64,000 nt of DNA from Erysipelotrichaceae bacterium (GCA_022799495.1 JAAWON010000001.1:39684-103683), one strand, 5' to 3'. Shown: positions 12,054-22,354, numbered from the stretch's first letter. The notes: a model not told the origin generated them from the sequence alone. Translations and numbers: made by a program.

Positions 12054-12071
12054 TAGTTAATAGTTTAACAA
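12054..12071. promoter_or_regulatory. putative Rex operator
   Basis: TAGTTAA-TAGT-TTAACAA, one mismatch to TTGTTAA-N4-TTAACAA, abutting the RBS of the FMN lipoprotein. Confidence 0.6.
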
Positions 12072-12139
12072 ATCACAAACAAAATTTCAACTAAAATCGG
12101 TGCATTTTTTGTTGATGATCAAAGGGGATCTTCGCTTTA

Positions 12140-13324
12140 TCATACGGTACTTTTTGATGATGCTTGTGCCAGCACATCATGTAGGATATGCATACCATAC
12201 GCAATCTCCTCACGAGTGATAATCAAGGGTGGTAATAAACGCAGCCGTTGTTTAGCAGTCAATAGTAAAATCCCCCTGCCGATGCATTCCTCCACCACCG
12301 CTCGTGCATCCAAATGATCCAATTCCACCCCAATCATAAGCCCCATTTGCGTGACGCTTTTAACGTGTGGCATTTGGGTAAGCCATGCCTTTAGATAAGC
12401 ACCTTTTTCTTTCACTGATGCATACAGATCACTTTGACAGCGCCGCAAAATACTGCACGCTCCAACGCAGGCAAGTGGATTGCCACCAAAGGTTGTACCA
12501 TGATCCCCATATTGAAATACATCTTTGGTTTTATCAAAAAACAACACCGCGCCAAGCGGCAAACCGCCTCCCAATGCCTTCGCACAACTGACAAGATCAG
12601 GACGCAAACCATATTGCTCATATGCAAATAAACTGCCGCAGCGAGCAATCCCACTTTGTACCTCATCCACAATTAACAAAATATCGCGCTGTTCACAAAC
12701 TTGTTGAATCAGTGATGCAAACTCCTGTGTCAGCGGCCGCACACCACTTTCCCCTTGCACTACTTCGATCATAATTGCCGCTGTATGAGAATTGACATGT
12801 TCCAGCAAATCCTTTGGATCATTCGCTTTGACATGGACAAAACCGGGCGTAAAAGGCATGTAGTGTTGATGGAATACCGTTTGAGCGGTTGCGGAAAGAG
12901 TGGTTATGGTACGCCCATGAAAGGAATCGCATAAGGTGATGATCTCACTTCGCTCACTTCCATAACGATCATGCGCATATTTACGGGCTGCCTTAATAGC
13001 GCCTTCATTGCTCTCTGCCCCGCTATTGGTAAAAAATACACGCTGTGCTCCGCTTTTTTGGCATAACAACTCTGCCGCTTTCACCGCCGGTTCATTCACA
13101 TACAAATTAGAACTATGACTCAACTGAGCCAACTGTGCTTGAATTGCTTGCATCCAATCATCATCATGATAACCAAACAGATTGACGCCGATCCCTGAAG
13201 TAAAATCCAGATAAGAACGCTTTTGCTCATCTTGCACATAACAGCCCTTTCCTTTTACTAAAACCAATGGATAACGATGATAAGTATGCGCAATAAAGCG
13301 TGCATCCTGCTTTTGTAAATTCAT
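12140..13324 (-). CDS. argD: acetylornithine aminotransferase (class III PLP)
   Basis: NSGAESNE, SFHGRT, DEVQSG, AKALGGG, HGTTFGGNP. Confidence 0.88.
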   Translation of the reverse strand: MNLQKQDARFIAHTYHRYPLVLVKGKGCYVQDEQKRSYLDFTSGIGVNLFGYHDDDWMQAIQAQLAQLSHSSNLYVNEPAVKAAELLCQKSGAQRVFFTNSGAESNEGAIKAARKYAHDRYGSERSEIITLCDSFHGRTITTLSATAQTVFHQHYMPFTPGFVHVKANDPKDLLEHVNSHTAAIMIEVVQGESGVRPLTQEFASLIQQVCEQRDILLIVDEVQSGIARCGSLFAYEQYGLRPDLVSCAKALGGGLPLGAVLFFDKTKDVFQYGDHGTTFGGNPLACVGACSILRRCQSDLYASVKEKGAYLKAWLTQMPHVKSVTQMGLMIGVELDHLDARAVVEECIGRGILLLTAKQRLRLLPPLIITREEIAYGMHILHDVLAQASSKSTV

Positions 13325-13504
13325 GAAACCCCCTTCTGCCTCCTTCCATTTATATATATGGCGATCAGATCGTATAATATGCCTGATAAAGCGGTTTATA
13401 CTTTTTGATGTTTCTTCGCCATATCTTTACAAGAAGAAAAGTCATAGTTTCACTAAAAAAAGGCTATTGTCATAAACATGACCATAGCCTTCTATATCAA
13501 TATT

Positions 13505-14824
13505 CTATAAATCATTTAAAATCCGTTGTGCTGCCGCATGAAATTCCTGCATTTCCGCATCTAACTCCCCACGCACATCCGCTAAGTGAATGCGGGATTG
13601 TCGCTGCTTCACCACATGGACTCCGTCCACGAATACATCACTGACATCATGGGCACAAGCTCCATATACCAGTGCAGAATATGGATCATGGAGCGGAAAC
13701 ATGGAAGGAGAATCGCTGCGAACACAAATCAAATCTGCCTTTTTGCCCGGTTCCAGTGATCCGATCGCATGTTCCAAATGCAGTGCCCGGGCGCCACCCA
13801 TCGTGGCAATACGCACAATCTCCTTGGCAGGATACAGAGCACGATCCTGATACTTTGTTTTCTGCGCCAACGCAAATATACGCATCTGAATGAACAGATC
13901 CAATGTATTGCCACTGCTTGCGCCATCACTGCCAAATCCCACCGCAAGTCTGGCACGCTCCATATCTCTAATTGGGGCAATTCCTTTACCGGCTTTCATA
14001 TTCGAGACCACACAATGGGCAACACTGACATTACGCTGTTTCATTAAGGCAATATCAGAATCGCTGACATGAATACAATGTGCCGCCAACAGGTGATCAT
14101 TCAGACAGTGAATATCCTCCAGCCATTCGATTGGCGTCATGCCATAGGTGTCCCTAAAATAAGCCATTTCATAATCCAATTCAGCCGCATGAGTTGTCAT
14201 CATCGTATCATAGCGCATGGCGATCTCCATCGCCTTGGTGAACACCTGCGCATCATTCGTGTTCGTCGCATGTGGCGCAATAATCGGGGTAATCAAGCGA
14301 CTGCTCTGCCAAGTGGCGATAAATTGTTCCGCTAAGCGCAGTCCCTCTTGTACATCCGGCGCATCACAGGTCTCTTGTTGTATCAAAGTTTCCCCAAGCA
14401 GTGCCCGTATTCCAACTTCCTCACAGGCAACTCCGATACGATCCATGAAAAAATACATATCGGTACAGGTCGTAATTCCGCTGTAAAGCATTTCCAATGC
14501 CGCATATTTGGCAGAAAGATAAGCCAATGAATCGTTCATGCATTCCAGTTCCAAAGGAAACAGAAAGCGACGCAAACGATCTGGAACATCATCAGCCAAA
14601 GAGCGAAACGGCACCATTCCCATATGCGTATGCGTATTCACCATTCCGGGTAATACCAGCATCCCACTCGCATCTATGATCTCATCAACTTCACCATGAT
14701 CCTTCGCTTCACCAACATAAGCAATTTCATCATCCTCAATCAGCACTTGTCCACCCTTGTATTCATGAAACTGCTCATCCATTGTTAAAATCCAACCGTT
14801 TTCAATTAACGTTTTCATCGCCAT
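13505..14824 (-). CDS. amidohydrolase (MtaD/TRZ/ATZ-like nucleoside or purine deaminase)
   Basis: PGMVNTHTH, H.AE, AAHC, GSDG.SS, GSLEPGKKAD. Confidence 0.85.
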   Translation of the reverse strand: MAMKTLIENGWILTMDEQFHEYKGGQVLIEDDEIAYVGEAKDHGEVDEIIDASGMLVLPGMVNTHTHMGMVPFRSLADDVPDRLRRFLFPLELECMNDSLAYLSAKYAALEMLYSGITTCTDMYFFMDRIGVACEEVGIRALLGETLIQQETCDAPDVQEGLRLAEQFIATWQSSRLITPIIAPHATNTNDAQVFTKAMEIAMRYDTMMTTHAAELDYEMAYFRDTYGMTPIEWLEDIHCLNDHLLAAHCIHVSDSDIALMKQRNVSVAHCVVSNMKAGKGIAPIRDMERARLAVGFGSDGASSGNTLDLFIQMRIFALAQKTKYQDRALYPAKEIVRIATMGGARALHLEHAIGSLEPGKKADLICVRSDSPSMFPLHDPYSALVYGACAHDVSDVFVDGVHVVKQRQSRIHLADVRGELDAEMQEFHAAAQRILNDL

Positions 14825-16500
14825 TCCTCCACCAGTGGTATGAGCCGCTGTTCTTTTGTCATGATCAATCCACGATCCGTTAGTTTTAGTTGTGGTGATA
14901 CCGGCAAGCTCAAGGTTGAAATCGACATGATGACATTATCATGCACATAACCAAGTTCTTCAATTTCTGCCTTTGCTTGTGCAAGCTGTGCTCCAAGCAC
15001 GGAAATTTCAGCACCACTCACGATACCACCTATCTCTAAGTATACCCGTGCTGTGACTGTCCCATTCCTAACGACAACATATCCACCCTGCATTTCCAGC
15101 AATGTTTGTTGGGCCAATGCCATATCTTCCTCATGTGTGCCCAGTATCAATATATTATGATGATCATGCGCCCATGAAGTAGCAATCGCCCCACGACTGT
15201 GAAAGGCTCCCTTAACGAATCCAAAAGCCTTGGTACCACGTTTGCCATAACGTTCCATCACACAAGCAAGCGTATAGTTCTGTTGCCAGTGTAAATTGCC
15301 CTGTCGAACATCCACCCATTCTTGAATATGTTTGGTAAAGGTGCTGTGTGCTTCAATTTCCATGATGTTACAAAGCGCCTGTTCTCCTTGCGCTGCGATT
15401 GTGAAATCCTGCGCATTTGCCTTTTCACAATGCAGAGAGTGATAAAAATGGGCAGGAAACTTCATTTCCTTTGCCTTTGGCAGATCCTGAACATGGATCC
15501 CGCGCTTATAGACAGATTGAATCGTGAACTGCTGCAAATCTGATAACAGGATAAAATCCGCAATCCGTCCCGGCACAATCGCCCCACGATCTTCTAAATG
15601 CATACGCCTAGCGCTCGTAAAGGTGGAACAATAGATCGCCCACTCCGGTTTCATTCCCATTTGAATGGCCAACTGAACCAACCGATTGAGATGTCCTTGA
15701 CACAATGCATCCGCCATGACATCATCACTCACAAATGCAAAATACTCATATAGCTCATGGTCAATGAGCGTCTGCATGACCTCTGGCGTCATGGATTTAC
15801 GTTGAATTTCCAAAAACATGCCCTTTGATACTTTTTCTAATACACTCGCTTTGCTTTGCTGGGTATGATCCGCACTGATACCGGCAGCGAGAAAAGCATC
15901 CAACTGCTCCCCACTGATTTTGGGACAATGCCCTTCTAACGGCAAGTCAAAGCGTTCTTTTTTACATGTCTTAATAATTTGCGCACTGATGGAATTCGGT
16001 TCATAACACACATCATGAAAGTTCATCACCTCGCCTAAGCAAACCACACGGGGATAACGCAGTAATTGGGCAACATCCTGCGCATCAATACAACCTCCCG
16101 TGGTCTCTAAGTGCTCATTGGTAGAAGGCACAGAGGAGGGTATACCGTAAAAAATATCCAATGAGGTCTCCTCATTGGATAAATAGGTGAGAATCCCTTC
16201 CATGCCAAATACATTGGCCATTTCATGGGGGTCTGCGACAACGCTCGTGACGCCATACTGCATAACGCAATCACTGAAACGTGAAGGGATACTCATAGAA
16301 CTTTCAATGTGCATATGAATATCCACCAGCCCCGGTATCATCCATGTATCCGAAGCATCCAGTTCCTTTGCGGCCACAGCGTCAATGTGATCGGCAATAT
16401 GCGCAAACACACCATTTTGAATCGCTACATCCTTAGAAACAAAACACTTGCGAAATGAATCAAACACACGGGCATGGCGAACAATCATATCATACTGCAT
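14815..16500 (-). CDS. ade: adenine deaminase
   Basis: DIHMHIESS, DPHEMANV.G, LGEVMN, AHDHHN. Confidence 0.9.
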   Translation of the reverse strand: MQYDMIVRHARVFDSFRKCFVSKDVAIQNGVFAHIADHIDAVAAKELDASDTWMIPGLVDIHMHIESSMSIPSRFSDCVMQYGVTSVVADPHEMANVFGMEGILTYLSNEETSLDIFYGIPSSVPSTNEHLETTGGCIDAQDVAQLLRYPRVVCLGEVMNFHDVCYEPNSISAQIIKTCKKERFDLPLEGHCPKISGEQLDAFLAAGISADHTQQSKASVLEKVSKGMFLEIQRKSMTPEVMQTLIDHELYEYFAFVSDDVMADALCQGHLNRLVQLAIQMGMKPEWAIYCSTFTSARRMHLEDRGAIVPGRIADFILLSDLQQFTIQSVYKRGIHVQDLPKAKEMKFPAHFYHSLHCEKANAQDFTIAAQGEQALCNIMEIEAHSTFTKHIQEWVDVRQGNLHWQQNYTLACVMERYGKRGTKAFGFVKGAFHSRGAIATSWAHDHHNILILGTHEEDMALAQQTLLEMQGGYVVVRNGTVTARVYLEIGGIVSGAEISVLGAQLAQAKAEIEELGYVHDNVIMSISTLSLPVSPQLKLTDRGLIMTKEQRLIPLVEEWR

Positions 16501-16512
16501 AACACACCAATC

Positions 16513-17565
16513 TTAGCGGTTTAAGATACGATTCCACTGATCCGTCCATTCCGGCAATAACGGATTAACAAAGGAATAATCAATTGCTTTTGCTTTATCG
16601 GCAACGGAACCGTAAGTCATATTCGCAGCTTCCTCATCGCTCAATTTAACATTTGCGTTGGTCGGTCCTTCATTCAAGGATTTGCTGGAAACACTCTGCA
16701 ATTCCTGTGAAATACGCCAGTTGATATAAGCATAAGCTGTTTCTTTGTGCTTAGAAGATGCGACTACATCAATCGTATTAAAGTTCGCATAAGTGCCACT
16801 CTCCGGTACCATGTAAGTAACCTGAGGTGCTGCATTTTTAATGTTCGGTACGGCAAAGTCACCAACTACGGCAACCGCAACTTCACCATTCGCAAACAGA
16901 TTGGTTAATTCAGAAGATTTTGTATAAGTTTTGAATACATTCGGTTTCAATTCTTCTAAAGCAGTGAATGCCGCTGCGCCATTATCGGATTTGATATCAA
17001 CACCCTTGTGATCGCTGGCAATATGTACAATAGAAGGTCCAAAGGTTGTGGACAGATCTGGGATGGCAACCTTACCTGCCAGTTCCGCTTTCCACAAATC
17101 ATCCCAAGAAGTGATCTCGAAACCGATCGCATCCTTGTCATAGATGATACCAACACTCTGAATAACGATTGCCGGTCCATAACCACTCTCAGCCTGCATA
17201 TTCTTTGCCGGAGTAATCAACTGATTCAAATTCTCGATTCTGGATGCATCTACCTTGTCGAATAAGCCTGCCGCATAGCCTTTCGCAGCGGTAGACTGAT
17301 TCAGTTCGATCACATCAATGCCGCTTTCCGGATTGCTTTCCAACTTCGTGTAGCGATCAGCCGCATTGCCCAAATCCGTAGTGATCTTGCAGTTATACTT
17401 CTCTTCAAACGGTTTGATGATATCGCTCTGCACGATATCCTCACTCAGCTGAAACGTGGAAACGGTCAATACACAAGGCTCATCACTTGCTTCATCATTG
17501 GATGAACAAGCCGCCATTGTGCAAAGCATCGAACCACATAATACCAATGCTAATCCTTTCTTCAT
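16513..17565 (-). CDS. ABC transporter substrate-binding lipoprotein (PotD/PotF family; probably purine-related)
   Basis: Lipobox MAAC; SWDDLW..EL.GK; operon context. Confidence 0.88.
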   Translation of the reverse strand: MKKGLALVLCGSMLCTMAACSSNDEASDEPCVLTVSTFQLSEDIVQSDIIKPFEEKYNCKITTDLGNAADRYTKLESNPESGIDVIELNQSTAAKGYAAGLFDKVDASRIENLNQLITPAKNMQAESGYGPAIVIQSVGIIYDKDAIGFEITSWDDLWKAELAGKVAIPDLSTTFGPSIVHIASDHKGVDIKSDNGAAAFTALEELKPNVFKTYTKSSELTNLFANGEVAVAVVGDFAVPNIKNAAPQVTYMVPESGTYANFNTIDVVASSKHKETAYAYINWRISQELQSVSSKSLNEGPTNANVKLSDEEAANMTYGSVADKAKAIDYSFVNPLLPEWTDQWNRILNR

Positions 17566-17581
17566 GTTCTTTTTCCTCCTT

Positions 17582-18610
17582 CTACACAAGAACAATTTTA
17601 TGGGAAGGCAGACACAGTTTACATGTATCGCCTGTCTCATACACAGTTGTGCCGTCACCGTTGACCACCAATGTGCCCAGCGGTGTTTTCATCTCATATT
17701 GATAACTCTTACCAAGGAAAGTACGGACAATCACGGTACCCTCAATGCAGTTATCCCCTGCTTCTGTAACAATACGAATATCATCCGGACGAATGGTCAT
17801 TTTCACATCGTTGCCCTCATGTAGCGCATCGACATGGAAACGCGTGTCCCCTGCCTGATAGATGTGGTCTGCCTGCTTTGTGGCTGAGATGAAGTTTTCA
17901 AAGCCAATGAATCGCGCCACAAATTCCGTTTTGGGATTTGTATAAATATGTTCCGGCGTATCGTATTGCTCGATCACACCTTGATTCATAACCGCTACCC
18001 GATCGGAAATAGAGAAGCATTCCTCTTGATCATGGGTAACGAAGATCGTCGTAATGCCCAACTGCTTTTGTAGGCGCTTGATTTCTACGCGCATCTGGAT
18101 ACGCAATTTCGCATCCAAATTGGACAATGGTTCATCCAGAAGTAACAGCTTCGGCTCAATGACCAAAGCACGTGCCAATGCGACCCGCTGACGCTGCCCG
18201 CCGGACATCTGTCTTGGCAAACGATCCTTATATTCACTCAAGCCACAGATTGCCAACATATCATCAACCTTACGATCTATCTGCGCCTTATCCATTTTGC
18301 GCATTTTTAAACCAAAGGCAACATTGTCCTTAACGCTTAAGTGCGGAAATAACGCATAACTTTGAAAGACGATGCCGAAGTTGCGCTTATGAACGGCAAT
18401 CTTAGTAAAATCCTCACCATCCACCATCAATTCACCGCCACGCGGATCAATGTATCCGGCTACTACGCGCAAGGTTGTCGTTTTACCGCATCCGGAAGGA
18501 CCCAAAAGAGAAACCAGTTCGCCCTTTTCGATGGAGAGATTCAAACCCTCCAAGATATTTGTTTTTCCGTCATAACTGACGCAGATATTATTTAAATCAA
18601 CAAATGACAT
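17582..18610 (-). CDS. ABC transporter ATP-binding protein (PotA family)
   Basis: GPSGCGKT, MSGGQRQR, LLLDEP, TOBE tail. Confidence 0.95.
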   Translation of the reverse strand: MSFVDLNNICVSYDGKTNILEGLNLSIEKGELVSLLGPSGCGKTTTLRVVAGYIDPRGGELMVDGEDFTKIAVHKRNFGIVFQSYALFPHLSVKDNVAFGLKMRKMDKAQIDRKVDDMLAICGLSEYKDRLPRQMSGGQRQRVALARALVIEPKLLLLDEPLSNLDAKLRIQMRVEIKRLQKQLGITTIFVTHDQEECFSISDRVAVMNQGVIEQYDTPEHIYTNPKTEFVARFIGFENFISATKQADHIYQAGDTRFHVDALHEGNDVKMTIRPDDIRIVTEAGDNCIEGTVIVRTFLGKSYQYEMKTPLGTLVVNGDGTTVYETGDTCKLCLPSHKIVLV

Positions 18611-18621
18611 ACCGAATCCTC

Positions 18622-19404
18622 CTATTTCGCCAGCGCGGATATACCGAGCGTTTTCTCTACCGCAAACATAATCAGTACCGTTGCCAACATGAGCAGCACC
18701 GATACCGCCGATACGGTCGGATCGAAGTTATATTCCACATAACTCATGAGCGTTGCCGGCAAAGTGGTGATTCCCGGCCCACTCAGAAACATAGATACAG
18801 GAATATTGTTAAAGGAATTGATAAAGGCAAGCAGGAAACTGGAAATGATACCACTGGAGATATTGGGCAGTACCACCTTGAAGAACGCACGCCATTTATC
18901 ACAACCTAAACTCCAAGCTACCTCCTCAATCGAGAAGTCAAATTGTTCCAAAGAACCGCCCACCACACGAATGATATAGGGCAACACGACAAGGAAATGA
19001 CCAAACAATAAGCCCTGATATACGGGAAAGCGCATCTTGATCACCAAGTATTGAAACAGCGCATAACCAACCACAATTCCGGGAATGATTGTCGGTGAAA
19101 GAAAGAAACTCTTAATTAGTTTCTTGCCACGTAAACTGTATCGTGACAGCGTGTAAGCAATCGGCACTCCAACTAACAGTGCCAATAAGGTGGCTAACAA
19201 TGCGATTTGAATACTTAACAGAAAGGCTTTGCGAAAAGATTCAGACGCAATCGCTTTGCCAAACCATTCTGTTGAAAACCCACTGATCGGAAACTGAATG
19301 GTCGGTTGGCTGTTAAATGCCGTTACCGCAATGATAACAAGCGGTAAAAACAGAAATAGAAAGACCAGTATCGAAAAGATGGTTAATCCTTTATATCTAC
19401 GCAT
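18622..19404 (-). CDS. ABC transporter permease (PotC-like)
   Basis: 6 TM, EEVAWSLG EAA loop. Confidence 0.92.
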   Translation of the reverse strand: MRRYKGLTIFSILVFLFLFLPLVIIAVTAFNSQPTIQFPISGFSTEWFGKAIASESFRKAFLLSIQIALLATLLALLVGVPIAYTLSRYSLRGKKLIKSFFLSPTIIPGIVVGYALFQYLVIKMRFPVYQGLLFGHFLVVLPYIIRVVGGSLEQFDFSIEEVAWSLGCDKWRAFFKVVLPNISSGIISSFLLAFINSFNNIPVSMFLSGPGITTLPATLMSYVEYNFDPTVSAVSVLLMLATVLIMFAVEKTLGISALAK

Positions 19405-20230
19405 TTACTTCACCCCGCTTATCTAAGCGTGCCGCAATCAGATTCAGCACCTTCATGACGATGAGTGTTAAGATGATCATCACCGCAGCGATCACCCCGG
19501 CACTGCTCCAATCATTCAAGGTCACTGCCTTTTGATAGACCAGCGTAGCCAGCACCAACGATTTATTACCGCCCAACAACTGAGGAGTGGTATATGCAGT
19601 CAACGCGCCGGTAAACACCAATACCGCACCGGTGATCATACCGGGCACGCTCATTGGCAATACCACTTTGATGAACGCTTTTAATTTGCTTGCGCCTAAA
19701 CTTTCCGCTGCCTCCATCATATCATTGTCAATCTGATCCATTACGCCGACCAAAGTCATAATCATGATCGGTAAAAACAAATAGATTGTACCAATTAAAA
19801 TTGAAAATTCTGTATAAAGCATACTGAGCGGTTCCTCAATGATGCCCATATTCATAAGCATCGTATTGATGACGCCATTTTTACCTAATATATTGATCCA
19901 TGCAAAACTGCGCACAACCGAATTGGTCAGCATCGGAAAGATGGATACCGCAATCAAGATACCCTTCCATCTGGCAGGACAGCGGGAGATAAAATAAGAG
20001 GTAGGAACGCCCAGCACCACACAGACCAGTGCCGCAATCACGGCAATCCGCAAGGTGCGAATCAAAATCTCCATGTAATAATCATCCTGAAAAAAGGATG
20101 TATAAGCACTCAGGGAAAAACCATCCGGAAATACCGTCGGCCACAATACCGCAAATAAAGGCACCAATAGAAAGAATAACAACAGTACTGTGCCGGGAAG
20201 CAGAAATAAATAAGCGATCTGTTTTTTCAT
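19397..20230 (-). CDS. ABC transporter permease (PotB-like)
   Basis: 6 TM, EAAESLGAS loop. Confidence 0.92.
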   Translation of the reverse strand: MKKQIAYLFLLPGTVLLLFFLLVPLFAVLWPTVFPDGFSLSAYTSFFQDDYYMEILIRTLRIAVIAALVCVVLGVPTSYFISRCPARWKGILIAVSIFPMLTNSVVRSFAWINILGKNGVINTMLMNMGIIEEPLSMLYTEFSILIGTIYLFLPIMIMTLVGVMDQIDNDMMEAAESLGASKLKAFIKVVLPMSVPGMITGAVLVFTGALTAYTTPQLLGGNKSLVLATLVYQKAVTLNDWSSAGVIAAVMIILTLIVMKVLNLIAARLDKRGEVNA

Positions 20231-20243
20231 GCTTCGTCCTCCT

Positions 20244-20279
20244 CAAATAAAAACGGCCTCTATATGATATAGAAGCCGA
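20244..20279 (-). terminator. riboswitch expression-platform terminator
   Basis: cggcttctata-tca-tatagaggccg-ttttattt before the GAGGAGG RBS. Confidence 0.75.
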
Positions 20280-20344
20280 ACAAAAAAGCAGGCTCCTATT
20301 GCTTGTCTCATAAAATAGAAGCCGTAAATGTTCTGTTTCGATAT

Positions 20345-20413
20345 CATCATAGTCCAGCAATTTACGGCTGCCGGGTAGAAACGTAACGCACCTTATCTGC
20401 GCCATATATGATG
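20345..20413 (-). ncRNA. purine riboswitch, guanine-type
   Basis: P1 catcata/tatgatg, L2 GATAAGG, J2/3 GTTTCTAC, L3 CCGTAAA, discriminator C (GACTA) at 20352. Confidence 0.93.
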
Positions 20414-20431
20414 TAATCCAATACATTTGTT

Positions 20432-20461
20432 ATTATAGCAAATTCACTTCCCCTTTGGCAA
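20432..20461 (-). promoter_or_regulatory. sigma-A promoter of the purine operon
   Basis: TTGCCA-18 nt-TATAAT with TGn extended -10. Confidence 0.65.
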
Positions 20462-20635
20462 GAAAATTTATCAATTCAACTTAAATTTCTCACCCTTCGC
20501 CTAAACACCTTATGCGTAAGAATTGCGAAAGGCTTTTTTAAACAGATCACAAAGCATATGGAATGCCACTTTATCACCTTGCTTCTTCTCCATTTGTATA
20601 AATGGAATTAAGCAAATGCACCCTAATTCTATTTC

Positions 20636-22153
20636 TTACGGCTGAGCAAATGCATTCACACAGGCGACTGCACGATGCCATTTCGCCAAACGCAACATCT
20701 GTTGTGTCGCATCCTCTTGTGGGAAAAAGGGTTGGATTTTTTGTTCCAGCGCATTGATTTCATCGAGATCTTTCCAATATCCCACTGCAAGGCCGGCCAG
20801 ATACGCTGCGCCCAAAGCGGTTGTTTCACTTAGCAAGGAGCGCTTGACTTCGCATTGTAACAGATTTGCCTGAAACTGCAACAAGAATTGATTGCGCGCT
20901 GCACCGCCATCCACACGCAGGGCAGACAAAGGCAACTGTGCATCCTTACGCATCGCATCAATCACATCATAGGTTTGATAAGCAAGGCTTTCCAGCGTTG
21001 CTCGGATGATGTGTTCCTGCGTTGTGCCTCTGGTTAAGCCAAAGATCGCACCGCTTGCCTGTGCATTCCAATAAGGTGCACCCAAGCCGGTAAAGGAAGG
21101 CACCACATATACGCCCTCACTGCCAGACACTGCCTGCGCACGCACTTCACTTTCCTCACTGTTATTTAAAATCCGCAGGCCATCCCGCAGCCACTGCACA
21201 GCCGCCCCGGCCACAAAGACGCTGCCCTCTAATACATAAGTACTCTGATGATGGATGCGCCAACCGACACAGGATAACAAGCCATGCTCGGAAATGATTG
21301 GTTGATTCGCCGTGTTCATCAGCAAAAAACAACCGGTGCCATATGTATTTTTCACATCGCCACTGTGAAAACAGCGCTGTCCAAATAAAGCAGCTTGTTG
21401 ATCACCAATGAGGGCGCCAATGGGAATCGGATGATCAAACAATCCCTCACACACACCATATATTTCACTGCTGTCACAAATTTTGGGCAACATACAGCGC
21501 GGGATCTGCCAAAGCGCAAGCAGTTCTTCATCATAATCCATTGTATTCAAATTCATTAACATCGTCCGTGAGGCATTGGAAACATCGCTGACATGACACT
21601 TCCCTTTCGTCAACTTCCACACCAGCCAACTATCCACAGTACCAAACAACAGTTCGCCGGCTTTCGCCCGATCTCTTGCGCCTTCGACATGATCAAGGAT
21701 GAAGCGCAGTTTTGAAGCACTGAAATAAGGATCCAGCACCAAGCCTGTTTTCGCTTTGATCCACTCCTCTTTCCCCTGTTCTTTCAATGCTTCAATATAA
21801 GAATTGCTTTGACGGGATTGCCATACGATTGCGGGATAGATGGGCTGAGTGCTCTTTTTATCCCATACAATAGTGGTCTCTCGCTGATTTGTAATGCCAA
21901 TCGCCGCAATCTGCGTATCCTTGACACCGCACTTGGCCATTACCTCAAACATCACACCAACTGTATATGCCCAAATATCATTCGCATTTTGTTCGACCCA
22001 CCCGGGGTGTGGATAAAAATTTTCCAGTTCCTTTTGTGCTATGCCAATCACATTTGCCTCATGATCAAACAAAATGGCACGGGTACTCGTTGTGCCTTGA
22101 TCTATCGCCATAATATAAGTTTCCATCGTTTTGTTTTCAGGATGTCCTATCAT
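20636..22153 (-). CDS. glpK: glycerol kinase
   Basis: IDQGTTSTR, GITNQRETT, GDQQAALFG, KNTYGTG; alternative start 22126. Confidence 0.96.
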   Translation of the reverse strand: MIGHPENKTMETYIMAIDQGTTSTRAILFDHEANVIGIAQKELENFYPHPGWVEQNANDIWAYTVGVMFEVMAKCGVKDTQIAAIGITNQRETTIVWDKKSTQPIYPAIVWQSRQSNSYIEALKEQGKEEWIKAKTGLVLDPYFSASKLRFILDHVEGARDRAKAGELLFGTVDSWLVWKLTKGKCHVSDVSNASRTMLMNLNTMDYDEELLALWQIPRCMLPKICDSSEIYGVCEGLFDHPIPIGALIGDQQAALFGQRCFHSGDVKNTYGTGCFLLMNTANQPIISEHGLLSCVGWRIHHQSTYVLEGSVFVAGAAVQWLRDGLRILNNSEESEVRAQAVSGSEGVYVVPSFTGLGAPYWNAQASGAIFGLTRGTTQEHIIRATLESLAYQTYDVIDAMRKDAQLPLSALRVDGGAARNQFLLQFQANLLQCEVKRSLLSETTALGAAYLAGLAVGYWKDLDEINALEQKIQPFFPQEDATQQMLRLAKWHRAVACVNAFAQP

Positions 22154-22354
22154 CCTGCCGCTCCTTTCCTTTTGCCCTGCCATTTCCCTACTTATCAGAA
22201 TACTTATTTTATCCAACCACTCTCTTACTTAACTGCTAATCCAATTCCGTACTGCCTCTCTTTTACGCTTCATCTATCTATAAACTAAGTATACCATGCG
22301 CATTCTCGCGAAGCAATGCCTCACAGCGACCATTTGTCTTGCGCTTTAACATGT

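Noticed and set aside
20082-20426. 114-aa minus-strand ORF upstream of the purine ABC operon
   Set aside because: Runs through the riboswitch and out of frame into the permease; explained by the RNA element.
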